Part shown: positions 22,306-34,718 of the stretch, one piece after another
How positions within the stretch are numbered: the stretch's first letter is position 1
Layout of the letters: every line of letters starts with the position of its first letter
DNA from: Octopus bimaculoides
Taxonomy: Eukaryota
NCBI RefSeq assembly: GCF_001194135.2
Contig: NC_069004.1
Location: 33,188,021 to 33,235,486 of the forward strand
Direction of reading: 5' to 3'
DNA: 47,466 nt
Translations under genes and position numbers: made by a program
The notes under the pieces: generated by a model
Database searches by the model: none
Told to the model about the DNA's origin: nothing
The model's input: the letters and a program-made list of their open reading frames with translations, nothing else

Positions 22306-22524
22306 GTTTAGAAGGAGACGTAAGCAGCACTGCAAACACCAACTGCAATGATATATCAATGGTAGGACCTGGTATCTACGGAATGCCTTCAGTTACCGAT
22401 TCCAACCTGACAGTGAATCGATCTTCGGCCTACATGGAAAGAATGACAACTGATTTATGTGCCTTGAAGAAACAATACCAAAGGCTGCGCCAAAGACAAG
22501 CTCAAGCCCATATTATTTTGTCAG
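22306..22524 (+). CDS. TBC1D30: TBC1D30 exon
   Basis: aaacag| ... G|gtaaat; ...AYMERMTTDLCALKKQYQRLRQRQAQAHIILS. Confidence 0.92.
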
Positions 22525-23403
22525 GTAAATATCTGTCTGTCTGTCTCTCAGTGTTTTTGTCCTCTTCCTTACTGTCTGTTTTTGTCTACCTGTCTCTGAT
22601 TTACCTCTCTGTCCGGTCAGTGAGTGAGAACACGTGGTCTAATGATTAGGGTGTTGCACTTGTGATCGTGAGATTGTGGGTTCAATCCCTGGATTGGCTG
22701 GTACATTGCATTCTTGAGCAAATCACATCCTTTCCCATGGCTCTGCAATCACTTTGACATCTGACATGTGGCACACCATGCATCTGCACAGGCAATATTG
22801 ATTTGATCCACTGTAAACAAATCGTCTTTGCAGATTGTTCAGCAAAAAATTGCAGAACCTGCAGCTGTCATTCATGACAGGAGAGTCTGCTAGCATGGAA
22901 GGCAGACTTTAAAAACGATGACGATGATGATATATGTTGTGAAAACCTAGAGGTGTGGATTTTGAGTCCCACTCATATGGAAAACCCTACTTTTTTTTCT
23001 GTCAAGGGGTTTATATGCTCCAATATTAGACTATTTTCCTTAGTCAATGCACGGTGATCACTTATAAGCTTTAAGCTTATAAATTTTATATATATATATA
23101 ATTTTCAAACATATGAACCTGTATTTTAACTTCTTTTATCGTTGTTACATGCACACACACACACACACACACAGAGCTCTGAAGAAGCTATAATTTGTTA
23201 ATCAGGAACTCAACGATGAGTCCACTGCATCTCAGCAGAAACAAATATAAGCTAATGAAGGTCATAATTGTTTATTCCTTTGTCATCTCATTTTCTTTAT
23301 ATATATATATATACATACATNNNNNNNNNNTATATATATATATATATATACGCAGACAAACACACAGACACGTACATCTCCTCCTTTTCTTCTTGTCTTC
23401 CAG

Positions 23404-25010
23404 CTGCCAATACTTACCAACAGAAGTCACACACAGATTTCATCACGCCTACAATTGAGTCGCCAAAAGCTATGAACCATTTATTTATTGGACGAAATGC
23501 TCTGAAAAAACACAAAAATAGATTCATAACTGCAGGGCCTCGTATCGCTTGTCAAGTTCCTTCGGGCAGTGTTCCAGGGAAAGCTGCCAGCCTTTCAGGT
23601 AAATTCCGTTCAAAGAGCTTCGATAGCCATTTTGATCCAAACCAAAGTTGCAAACCAACCGAAACTCAGAAAATGAATTGCTCAAGAAGATCCAACTCTG
23701 AAAACACCCGTCTCCCCGATGCACTGCAGCGATTGCAATCTGCTGACAATCATAAACTTTCAAGTAGTTCCCAAGATAGTCTTCCCCAAGACGACAACAG
23801 TGGTGGCGGCACAAGTACCAGGGTCACTACAGCTGTTGTGGGCTTGGCATCTAATATGACGTCCTTAAAGGACGACCCAACTGTCGTTGAAGACACTGAT
23901 GCTGGGGATAGTTCCCCTGCAGATTCTATAACAGCTTCTCAAGAGAAGTCACAGGCTACCAGTGTTGAAAACATTACACACACGGCAGATATTTTCATAA
24001 AAGACAGTCAAGAGAACCTTAATCTCACAGACCCTCATTCTGTAAGTGAATTACTACATTCCATATCTGAGATCTCTGCAAATAATTCTGAAGATCCAGC
24101 CCCCACTCAGAACATTACCGATTTAAAAACCCCAACAACTGATCCAGCATGTATTCCTAACGTTCCTCCTGAAACTATGGATCCTGGGCCAACCATCACA
24201 TCTGCCTCTTGTCACGTTGCTAATGGCAACGAAGACAATGATCATAATCAACATTCTTTAATCACCTTTGACAATGGTCCTGAGCATCTTGAAGATGCCT
24301 CATTTGTGGTTACACCTATTTCTCACCTGGAAGATTCTGATGCAAAAGACAATCTAGAGGAACAGGTGAGCCAGTTACTTCGAAGCCCTTCACTCGATAG
24401 CTGTAACAATCTGGACTTTTCAGCACTGTCCGAGGCCTCTGATGAGGTGAGCAGTTTGGCCAGCTTCTTTGAAACGAATAGCGAAAATTTCAAAGTGTCA
24501 GGTGATGACGAAAAGACACCATTATCGTTGTCGCCAATGCCATCAGAGTTATCTTGGGAAACTGTTCCGAATCCTCCCCCTTCCAAAGAACGCTTTCGTT
24601 CTCATTCGTGCTGTTCTCCTGATACGCTTTCACCGACTGAGAAAATTGGTATCAAGTTTGGTGTGGCTCGAATCAACGGAGACTCGTGGTGTCATCAGAA
24701 CATGATGGAATATAACCGTAGCATGCGGCGACGGTCAACAAAGAGCGAATGCCAACTTCCAAGCAATAATTACTCAACTAATTCCAACTCGTTAGAATCC
24801 CTCAACAGCTTCACAACAGAAAGCAAATTTTCTAGTCGTAATGTCAACCCCAAAACTGTAGCCCAGCAATCTGCAGCCGACCCTTCAGTTTATCTCAACC
24901 GACACTGTGCTCTCAATGGTCTCAAATTAGGAATGTACAAACCTTCAATGTTAGTTCGTGTGAATAAAAAACAAAAGCCAAGTTTACAGCGCACTTTCAG
25001 TAAGAGCTGA
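23404..25010 (+). CDS. TBC1D30: TBC1D30 terminal exon (long Ser/Thr/Asp-rich tail)
   Basis: cttccag| phase-1 acceptor; 1607 nt open to TGA at 25008-25010; contains MNHLFIG and C-terminal KLGMY...SLQRTFSKS. Confidence 0.9.
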
Positions 25011-25123
25011 CTGCTGCAGCACACAAGCTGATACCAAAGACTATTCTTAACTTTAAACTAAATTAAAACTCTTGCAGATCTTGTCACAGATATCTAATTA
25101 TTATTAATATTATTATTATTAGT

Positions 25124-25676
25124 AGGCAGTGAGGTGGCAGAACCATTAGCAGGCCAGGCAAAATGTTTGCGGCATTTCATCTGTTATTATGTTCTGAGTT
25201 CAGTTCAGCCAAGGTCAACTTTGTCTTTCATCCTTTCGGAGTTTGATAAAATAAGTACCAGTGAAACACTGGGGGTCGATGTAATCGACTAGTCCCCTTC
25301 CCTCCAAATTTCAGGCCATGTGCCTTTAGTAGAAAGTTGGATAAAAAACAAAAAATGTCCCATTCGACTGCTAGAATTCATTCAGTTGACCATTTCTATC
25401 TTTCATAATATAAATTTGTGGCCTTGTGCTTACGGAACAATTATTTTTTAAGGCGTCCAGTTGGCAGAATTGTTAGCATGCCTGGCAAAACGCTTAAACG
25501 CATTTTGTCCATCTTTGTTTTGAGTTCAAATTCTGCCAAGGTCGACTTTGCCTTTCATCCTTTTGAGGTCGATAAAATAAGTACCAGTTGAGTACTGGGG
25601 CTGATGTAATCGACTAACCCCCACCCTCAAAATTTCAGGTCTTGTGCCTAGAGTAGAAAGGTTTATTATTATTATT
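25124..25676 (+). mobile_element. Two tandem family B SINEs just after the TBC1D30 stop codon
   Basis: Copies at about 25124-25336 and 25452-25676 with the same head, core and aaatttcagg...gtagaaag tail. Confidence 0.85.
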
Positions 25677-26231
25677 GATTTGTAGAGCTGTAGCTGTTGA
25701 ATTTTATATTTCGTAGAGATTTGATTCTAGTCTGCAATCCAAGGGCAGATAATCAGTGTTGGCTAAAAATGAAATTGTCTGCTGAAATCAGTTTAATAGT
25801 TCAGCTTGTGATGATGATGATGATGATGATACAAGAGACAGGAAGTAAACCAGGCATATAATTATACTTTAGTTCAGTGCCTCACACCTTTCAATCACAA
25901 AATTTCACCCTGGGGCCTAGTTAACCGTTCTTTCTTTCTTTCCACCAAAACTGAGTATATTTGGAGCAGAGCAAAGTCTACGATAGGAATGGAATGGTGC
26001 CTTCATTCAGAAAGTGACTGATTGATGAAAGAAATCTTCAATGTTAGTATGATTAGAATTCCGAGATCGTTTTGATCTCCAGTCGTTATCAGGTGCCATT
26101 CTCCAAGATATATTTACATAGTAAAGAACTGGATAAAGTCGGCCTCTTATGTACATAGCCAAGACAAAAACACCTGACAACAACCGGGGATCAAACCATT
26201 TGAAATGTTATATAGATGTAAATATTGCAGG

Positions 26232-26268
<37 letters not shown>

Positions 26269-27295
26269 ATAATAATAATTTCTAATGGAGTTGTCTCAGA
26301 AAAAAAAAAAAAAACTAATAGTATTAACACTAATTCTTGTCTGAGAGCAGGTGTTTGTTTTTCTCCGAAGAGCTGTGGGAGAGACCCCCACCCACCCTTC
26401 TTTTTCAATATATTTTCTTCCAAATTCGTCCCAAATGATTGTTATTCCAATTTTGAAGTTCTAAAAATAGATTTTGTTTTTCCTACCACAGTCTTGGAGC
26501 CTCAATTACATATCTGAGGAAATGGGTTGATTGTTTTTGGAAGTACATAATAAATAAAACCAGGCCCCCCCTTATTTATTATCTGCTGTACTTGAAGTGA
26601 GTATAACATAATATTGGCAGAGAGACTTGCTCAACCTTTCAAAACTATAAACAATTAACTATCATCCTCATTATTATTCTTCTTGTCTTTTTTTATTATT
26701 ATTATTATTTATTCATTTGCACATCTTTCAGGTGTTTATAATCCAAGTTCAAACTCTGCTGAGGTCTGCCTTGCCTTTTATTCTTTTGGGTGGGGGTGGG
26801 AGTTAATGAAATAAAATACCAGTCATATACTGGGGGTCACTAATCAACACTAGTTTTTTTTGTTTTTTTTTATTGTTTTGGATTGGCAGAGACATTAGAG
26901 AGGCAGATAAGATGCCTTGTGGTATTCGGTTTAGACCCTTTATGTTCTGGGTTCAAATCCCATCACAGCCAACTCTGCATTCAATCCTTCTGGGTTAGAT
27001 TTTTTTAAAAAAACCCAAAATACCAGTAATGTATTGGGTTGATCTAATCAACTAATCCCCTCCATTTCATATTTCTAGCCTTATGCCTATGTAAGGAATT
27101 AATCACCCCCCCCCCCAATTTTGAGGGGAGGGAATAACTCAGTTATGTTGATCCCAGTACTTCTCTGTTACTTATTTTTATCAACTCTGAAAGGTAAAGT
27201 TGACCTTGGCAGAATTTGAACTCAGAACATCAAGAGCCAGAAGAAAGGCCACTAAGTATTTTGGTTTGATGCTCTACTGATTCTGCCAGTTTTAA

Positions 27296-27517
27296 CCCTT
27301 TAGCATTCAGATTACTCTCTTAAGTGTAATACTTACTAATCCACATCATTTCAAATTAATCCTGCATTATCTTGTAGCTTTGAGATTACAATGATGTGCA
27401 CTGTTTATTTTTTAGAATGACATTGTAGGATAAGTGCAATAGGCCAGATTTGGCCAGTTTGAACATAAAGCAGGCAGAATATATGGGCCGGATGTGGCCA
27501 CTTTAAATGCTAAAGGG
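27296..27517. mobile_element. piggyBac-type MITE
   Basis: TTAA-CCCTTTAGCATT ... AATGCTAAAGGG-TTAA; related partial copies near 33060-33200 and 40222-40390. Confidence 0.85.
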
Positions 27518-29588
27518 TTAATAACAGGGTGATGGGTGGGCAGAATCATAAGTGATGGTACCTGTGCTTATATTTTGGTATTTTTCTTCTTTTTTCTTGA
27601 GGAGGCAAGCTGACATAATTATTAGAGCTTTGTGGTATTTCTTACAATCCTGCTGAGGTTAATTTCATCTTTTATCTTTCTACAGTTCATTATTTAAAAA
27701 AAAGAAACCCTCATCATGTACTGGCACCAACTGACCCCTTGCCCCTCAACATCGCAGCCTTTGTGCCAAAATTTGAAACCATTATTATTATTAAGCAGCA
27801 AGCTGGCAGAATTGTGAGCACATCAGGCAAAGGGCTTAGCGGCATTTTTCTCCATCCTTACATTCTTGGTTCAAATTCCACTGAAGCCAACTTTGCCTTT
27901 CATCTTTTCAGGGTCAATAAAATAAGTACCAGCTGAGCACTAGGGTCAATGTTTATGTCATTGTAGCCTAGCAGTTCAGCAAAAGTGACTGATAAAACAA
28001 GTACTGAACTTGAAAAATAGGCACTGGGGTCAATTTGCTTGCTTAATCCCTTCAATGCAGTGCCACAGAATGGTTACAGTCCAGCAATTGAAAAAATATA
28101 TATATACGTACACATACATAAATATAGGTGTGGGAATGCCTGCAATCAATGCTGTGTTATGGCTATAAATGGTGACATTTCCAGTCAACAAATGGTCCGT
28201 TAGATTTGCCATTCTTGTATAAAAATAAGTAAATATTTTTTTCCATCATTAAAAGTCTTTAATCTTTGACATGACATCAGATCAGTCACATTCATTCACT
28301 TCTCTTTCAATCGAACAAACTTCTCTTTCCTGTTATTCTATCAGGTAACTAACATTGTAAATATCTTTCCATTTGTAAATTAATTCCTTTTGAAGCTCCA
28401 TCTGGTGGTGGTTGTTGTTGCTGCTTATTGTCAGATCAGCTGTGAGTAGAAAACCTTAAAATCTAAGTTGTTCCGTATGTGACCATCCTGTCTTTTCATT
28501 TTCCAGGCATAATGCATCTAGAACTACATAGTCTAACTTGGCCATTTTTCTTTTTTTGAAAACTTTGTGGATAGGACAGGCCTCATTCCCACCCCAGAGA
28601 GATTGAAAATTTTATGAGGACAAGAACGAGGGGTGGGGGAGCAGTAGAGGGTGGGACAACAGCTGCATCTATAAAGGATCTTTAGTCTTTGTGACCCCTT
28701 TAAATATTGTGATATTCTGAGATGTGTTACGGGTTTTATAAATAGGGATATATCTCCCTTGCCGTACATTGTTAGCAGTGAATGACAGGGTCTGTGGAAA
28801 GATCCAAGCAGGGCTCTCCTGGAATGCATGGGGAGGATTCTCTGTGAGGTTGCCCATGCTACAACATTGCAGTATCCCTTCTGCAGAAAATATTCTTTTC
28901 TACTCTAGGCACAAAACCCGAAATTTAAGGGAGGTTCCAGTCGATTAGATCGACCCCAGTATGCAACTGGTACTTAATTTATTGACCCTGAAAGGATGAA
29001 GGGCAAAGTCAACTTCGGCAGAATTTGAACTCAGAACGTAATGACAGACAATATTACTTGGACAGTAGTCTAGCTGGTCATTACTCACTGATGTGAATCT
29101 ACTAACAACCGAGAAGAGATTCCAAATATTTAAAAAAAAAAACAAAATGAAATATTTTCATAAATGGCTTTTAACAGCAAAAATAACATTAATGATAAAT
29201 AAAATGTAAACAAAATCAAATACATACCCCTCTGCTGTTGTAAATCCCTTTCTTCAGNNNNNNNNNNNNNNNNNNNNNNNNNNNNNNNNNNNNNNNNNNN
29301 NNNNNNNNNNNNNNNNNNNNNNNNNNNNNNNNNNNNNNNNNNNNNNNNNNNNNNNNNNNNNNNNNNNNNNNNNNNNNNNNNNNNNNNNNNNNNNNNNNNN
29401 NNNNNNNNNNNNNNNNNNNNNNNNNNNNNNNNNNNNNNNNNNNNNNNNNNNNNNNNNNNTACTTTGTCATCATAAGATAAGTTGACCTCAGAATTTAAAG
29501 CTGGAAAAAATGTTGCTGTGCATTTTGTGCTAACGATTCTGCCAATATATTATAAACAATATACAAAAGTATATTGAAAGGCAAATAG

Positions 29589-29945
29589 TATGATGCCTGT
29601 GTGTAAACAGCCATGCTACATGGCAGTGAAACATGGGCTGTGACTGCTGAGGACATGTGTAGGCTCGAAAGAAAGGAAGCTAGTATGCTTCGCTGGATGT
29701 GAAAGGTTAGTAAGCGTGTATAACAGAGTAAGTGCCTTGAGAGAAAAGTTGGGAATAAGAAGTGGTGTGTAAGAGAGAGAGAGAGACGACTGCGTTATGG
29801 TCATGTGATGCATATGGATTGTAGACAGGTGTGTGAAGAAGTGCCGATCTCTACCGGTGGAAGGAAACTGTGGAAGAGGGAGACATGGGATGAAGTGATG
29901 AAATGCCAAGCTTGCAAAGATCCATCAAGCCAAGTGAAATCATCA
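29589..29945 (+). mobile_element. RTE-type LINE ORF2 C-terminal remnant
   Basis: MLHGSETWAVTAEDMCRLERKEASMLRWM, later LREKLGI-, GHVM- and TWDEV-like segments, ending in the caagccaagtgaaatc motif of family C. Confidence 0.8.
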
Positions 29946-31087
29946 GCACGGATTACAAATGTTAAAGAATGATGAGGATATATACAAAGATACACACCAT
30001 CACATCTGCTTTTTATAAGGCTGTTACTTACCTGTCTTAAAGCATCACCATTTCTCAGGTCTTCAGGTTCCTTCCATTTGGATCACTTATCATTCTCCAT
30101 AAGAAGAACCATGGTGCAGCCTTTTCTCTTGCAAAGTTGAGCTGATTTCTCTTATATCCAGTCTGTCTCTTGGTTCATCTGTAAAGACTCCAGCTCTTAC
30201 CTCCTGTACAGAACACCCCTGCAACTTCTCCAGACCTACCTTACACTCTCAGAAGCAATGGACAGGATGATCCTGGCAGAAAACTTTTGATTATTGCTTT
30301 GCTGCATCGAGGCTGCCCTAAATCTAAACTACAGCAACGATTTATTTTAATTTCTGGTACCAAAAATCTGGAATGACAATTCCTAGTTCATGGTAATGGT
30401 GAAGACGATTTTTAACCATAGGTCAGCCCTGACCAAGCAGACCTGTGTAGAAATTCCAGCTTTGACTCTGCTGTCTTTTATTCCCAGAGACTACCACTGG
30501 GACTATGTTCTCCAATGGGTTCTTTACAGATCACTGTCAAAAAAAAAGGGGATATTTAGCTACTATTCTTAAAAAGACAACCATATATGGCATCCCTTTG
30601 TTGCCCCTTTCATGCTGAATACACTTGGCTCTTTTATCTTCCTTTACTTGAAAAATCTCAAAATATTTAGTTTCTTGAAGGATGGAAAATAAAAATAGAG
30701 ATAATAATAAATAATAATAAGAAAATAACAAAATTACATTGAGATTTTTGTCTTTAATTAAAGGCATGAGGAAGTGTGTGGCATGTTTGTGTGAGTATGA
30801 GACCTACAACAAAAGAAAAAAAATAACTATGTATGTATGTATCTACATAACATACACGTGGTTGCTTGATGTGCTAGAAATAGCAACCATACCTGATCCT
30901 CTTATGAACGCCGGCGGACATGTGTATCTAGGATGATGTGGTACTGGATACATGATCAAAGTCCGAACGTATTGCTGCATCATAAGTCTATCTGCTCAAA
31001 CAGGAGCTGTCCTGGTGCTATATGTCAACAATATATATATATCATATATATGGAAGACAGATATTGTCTGTTAGGAATATTGTGGAA

Positions 31088-31241
31088 TTATTTGAAGTCA
31101 AACTGAATCTTGACGAGATATTTCATTTTCACTTGCCTCGTGTCATAAACAACATATTCATTGTAATTTAAGGTATAACCGGCTGGATTAACAACACCAG
31201 TGTCTGAACCAGCGCCATTTGGTATAATCATACCATCTTTC
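31088..31241 (-). CDS. PARP2: PARP2-like terminal exon, catalytic Glu
   Basis: ttacag| ; KDGMIIPNG...YTLNYNEYVVYDTRQVKMKYLVKIQFDFK, TAA at 31090-31088. Confidence 0.95.
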
Positions 31242-31364
31242 CTGTAAAGAAAAACACAGAAGTATAAGGATAGAATGGCAAACAGTGCATGTGGTAAATG
31301 TGTGTAGGATTATGGAATATGTATATGTCAGTGTTGGTACTGCATAACTGAAATGCATGTATGT

Positions 31365-31589
31365 GTGTGGCCGTTGCCAGTACCGCCTGACTGGCCCTCG
31401 TGCCAGTGGCACGTAAAAGCACCCACTACACTCTCGGAGTGGTTGGCGTTAGGAAGGGCATCCAGCTGTAGAAACTCTGCCAGATCAGATTGGAGCCTGG
31501 TGTAGCCATCTGGTTTGCCAGTCCTCAGTCAAATCGTCCAACCCATGCTAGCATGGAAAGCGGACGTTAAACGATGATGATGATGATGA
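31365..31589 (+). mobile_element. Well-preserved family C copy (RTE 3' UTR-derived, GAT tail)
   Basis: gtggccgttgccagt...ggagtggttggcgttaggaagggcatccagctgtagaaac...ggaaagcggacgttaaacgatgatgat. Other copies near 7905-8106(+), 13166-13375(-), 14440-14540(+), 16258-16440(-), 17358-17487(-), 33650-33830(-), 40693-40828(-), 45268-45450(-), 45825-46090(+), 46720-46910(+), 47085-47450(+). Confidence 0.85.
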
Positions 31590-31966
31590 AAAAGTGCATT
31601 TTACACCTTGGACAAGTGATAGTAATTACACCACAGGTTCATTATATCATCTCATTAACGTGCAACTGGTGTAATGAGGTGTGGTAACAATTGTAGGGAT
31701 TTTAAAATAAAGAATGTTGTTCAATCCATTTTCTCTTATATATATATGCGTGTATGTGTGTGTGTATATATATGAAGAGAGAGAGAGGGTAAAAGGAAGT
31801 GGGAGAAAGATGGAGAAGACAAAAGCAGTAAATATTTCTTTTAACTTTGAAAAATAATTTTTTTTTTTTTGTAAACATTTAGAACTACTTACAATGNNNN
31901 NNNNNNATTTCTTTTAACTTTGAAAAATAATTTTTTTTTTTTTTGTAAACATTTAGAACTACTTAC

Positions 31967-32091
31967 AATGTTTGGTAACTGCTGGGGTGAGGGGCCACAC
32001 GACCAAGTCCCTTGACACTGTTTTTGCCTGGAGGTAGTCTGTCCGCATAATAGTTGGCTTCCAACAGCTCATGAATCTCACCAAGTGACAC
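31967..32091 (-). CDS. PARP2: PARP2-like exon
   Basis: gaccag| ... TT|gtaagt; VSLGEIHELLEANYYADRLPPGKNSVKGLGRVAP. Confidence 0.94.
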
Positions 32092-32124
32092 CTGGTCAAA
32101 GGTTGATATTTTGTTAGAAAAGAA

Positions 32125-32410
32125 AATATTATCAGACAACAATTGAAGCATCAGGAAACACAGAAATCATCAAACAAGCCACCATCGTATATATCATCAC
32201 ACATAATTATCAGACAACCATGAAACAATCCATCACTATATATCAAACAATGAATAAACCATCAGACAACAGAAATCATCAAGTAAGCTTCCATCATACA
32301 AATCATCAAACAACCATTAACCAATAAACTATCAGACAACACACAAATCATCAAACAAGCCTCCACCATATATATCATCAAACACAACTATCAGACATTA
32401 TCAGGCCATC
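32125..32410. repeat. Degenerate minisatellite (atcagacaac / aaatcatcaaacaagcc units)
   Basis: Motif recurs about 5 times at irregular 50-80 bp spacing. Confidence 0.7.
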
Positions 32411-32698
32411 AGTCAAGCCATAAAAGAATCACCATATCATAAATCCTTAATCACATAGTGACAAAGAATCCAGCACACATAAATCAACAAACCATCACTC
32501 ACCATCAAACAGAAGGGAAGTAACTGCAACTATACTCGACGGACAACTTGATTTCCTATGCAAAACAATTTACTTTTACATAAGGCTCACTGAAAATACT
32601 TTTAAGAGAAGTTTCTACCAACACATCTAGTTGTTATAAACTCAAATACACACACACACATTCAAGTGAAGAACATTGAGTTAGCAGATAATTCTTAC

Positions 32699-32797
32699 CT
32701 CACAAAGAAGTGCCAGACCAATATTTCTTTTCTTTGTTGCAAAACAGTAATTGGCACTCTTGCTGGACATATCAGCAAAATATATTCCTTTACCAAA
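32699..32797 (-). CDS. PARP2: PARP2-like exon, catalytic Tyr
   Basis: ccacag| ... GAG|gtaaga; [33 protein letters not shown]. Confidence 0.96.
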
Positions 32798-33326
32798 CTG
32801 TGGAAAGAATGCAGAGTCAGTTTTCGATTGGGAGTTTGATACAAAAGAGTAAGATGAGGTTGTATGACTCATGAGTGGATTTGGTAGATGGAAACTGAAA
32901 GAAGCCCATCATATTTCTATGTGTATGTGCTTATCTGTATGAATGTGTATTTCTTTGTCTTGTCATTGCATGATAGTTGTAAATAAGTGTCACTGTCAAT
33001 TATTATTTCCTATATTCAGTCAAGACCTACAGACCAAGGGAAAATGCTGCAGAAAATCTGCCTTAACTCTTTCGTATTCAAACTGGCCATATCCAACCTG
33101 AATATCCCACTCGTTTTATGTTCAAACTGACCAGATTGGGTCTCTTACACCTACTCTACAATGTCATTCTAAAAATAAACCATCACATCATTGAAATTCT
33201 AAAGCACCCTATATGTGCATGTATGTATACATATACATGTGCATGCGTGTGTTTGTGTATGTGCAGCTGTTGCAAGTATGGATAAATAGTAATAAAAGTG
33301 GAAAATAATCTAAGGTAAACACTGAC

Positions 33327-33426
33327 CATATCACCAGTGACAGGGGCTTCCGGTGGTGCTATACGTAGTCCACGACTGAGAATACCAACCCAGTTGGTTA
33401 GACGGGATCCATGCCATAACAACATC
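33327..33426 (-). CDS. PARP2: PARP2-like exon, catalytic His and D-loop
   Basis: ttctag| ... ATG|gtcagt; [33 protein letters not shown]. Confidence 0.95.
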
Positions 33427-34179
33427 CTAGAAAATAAAGAACACAAAACACTTACAGAATGTAGAATGAACAACAACAACAGCAAACAGTTTGAAAAGAG
33501 ATTTTAATCATTGAAATGTGGTATTATGTTTTTTTAGTTGAAACCCTGTCTAATTTGATAGAATAAGTCCCTGTTATTTACTGTGTCCTTAACTATATGT
33601 GAGGTTTGGATGATGTTGTAGGCCTGTATACTCAGCTACAGGTGTCCATCATTGTCGTTGTTTACTGTCTGTTTTCCATGCTGGCATGGGTTGGACGGTT
33701 TGATAAAAACTGGGTAGCTGGGTGGTTGTTGAGACTCCAAACTGCCTGTTGTCACATGGATTCTATAGCCGGATGCCCTGCCTAACGCCAACCCCTTTAC
33801 AGAGTGTGCTGGGAGCTTTTATCCACTTAGTTGTAAATAGGTCTTCACAGATAGTGACCTTCAACCCAGTATATTACTAAACACACACAACATTATTTAA
33901 CCATTGTTCAGCAACATTTTTTTCGCTGTGAAATCTATTACAGCCTCATGAGATAATTCACCTGACCAGGGACGTTCATAGGATGTTAAAATTGCTGTTG
34001 TTTACCCATATTAAGGAAAACTGTGATGAAAGGTAATGCAACCATGAACATCCTGTCATTTCCTCAGACACAGCATCTAATGAGCTGTTATCATAAGAGA
34101 GGAGGTTACGATTTGAGGAAGATTTCATTGTTATTTCTAGTGACCAAGTCATTCCCCAAGTGGTTGCATGCCAGGTAGT

Positions 34180-34232
34180 AGTGGTGGTGGTGGTGATAGT
34201 AGTAGTGGTTGGGATCATGATAATGATTGTGA

Positions 34233-34276
<44 letters not shown>
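34180..34276. repeat. (GTA/GTG)n microsatellite next to the PARP2 donor at 34287
   Basis: Direct reading. Confidence 0.95.
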
Positions 34277-34286
34277 ATTGTCTTAC

Positions 34287-34411
34287 CTGTTCCCATAATC
34301 AACAAACTGGTTGTGTTCAGCCATTTTCGTGCAGCTGTACACTTCCATGAGCTGCATTCTATAACTGTTGTGGGTGACAGCATGAGTGTTTTGGAGGTAG
34401 TTGCTCACAAG
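34287..34411 (-). CDS. PARP2: PARP2-like exon, catalytic domain
   Basis: ttcccag| ... AG|gtaaga; LVSNYLQNTHAVTHNSYRMQLMEVY...DYGN. Confidence 0.93.
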
Positions 34412-34586
34412 CTGGGAAAATACAGACAACAAAACAGTTTGAGGCCATCTACTTAGTTACCATGACAACATCTAGACACAAGGTATTTTTTAAAAAAATA
34501 TTTTGGTTAGAAATATAACAGAAGGGTTAATGATTATGTTTTGAAAGTCCTCCAATGATCTTGGGATGAGCTGTGACGTGTCTTAC

Positions 34587-34718
34587 CTTGAAATCTGGAT
34601 GATCTGAAGAGACGAGTGTGAGCTCGCATTCCAGGGATTTGTAAGTCTTGTCGATGGGGTTTTCTGACATGTCCCCTTGTTTCAAGATATTGATGGCAAT
34701 CTCTATATCCCCTAAGGC
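34587..34718 (-). CDS. PARP2: PARP2-like exon
   Basis: ttcccag| ... AAG|gtaaga; ALGDIEIAINILKQGDMSENPIDKTYKSLECEL. Confidence 0.93.

Larger units (their letters stand above)
1932..25010 (+). other. TBC1D30: TBC1 domain family member 30 gene (multi-exon Rab-GAP; long isoform is 5'-incomplete in this window)
   Basis: Spliced exons give RIDTRIKFSIEP...VWLSLADHY...IVKDLHRTGC...GYCQGFN...YEPPLTNVFTMQWFLTLFATCLP...ERMTTDL, collinear with TBC1D30 as I know it. The Arg finger (IxxDxxR) and Gln finger (YxQ) are intact. All introns are GT-AG with matching phases. Confidence 0.95.

Noticed and set aside
23268-23403. ATG of the 580-aa six-frame ORF
   Set aside because: It runs through (AT)n and an N gap; the real exon starts at the acceptor at 23404.
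31834-31970. 63-64 bp direct duplication including the PARP2 donor (acttacaatg), which looks like a duplicated splice site
   Set aside because: The copies sit on either side of a 10-N gap and differ only in poly-T length, typical of an unmerged contig overlap.
32125-32410. Repeat-spacer-like array
   Set aside because: Degenerate irregular units inside a eukaryotic intron; a minisatellite, not CRISPR.
33976-34456. Poly-Thr, poly-Val and poly-Ser ORFs
   Set aside because: Products of the (GTA)n microsatellite; only 34287-34411 is a real exon.
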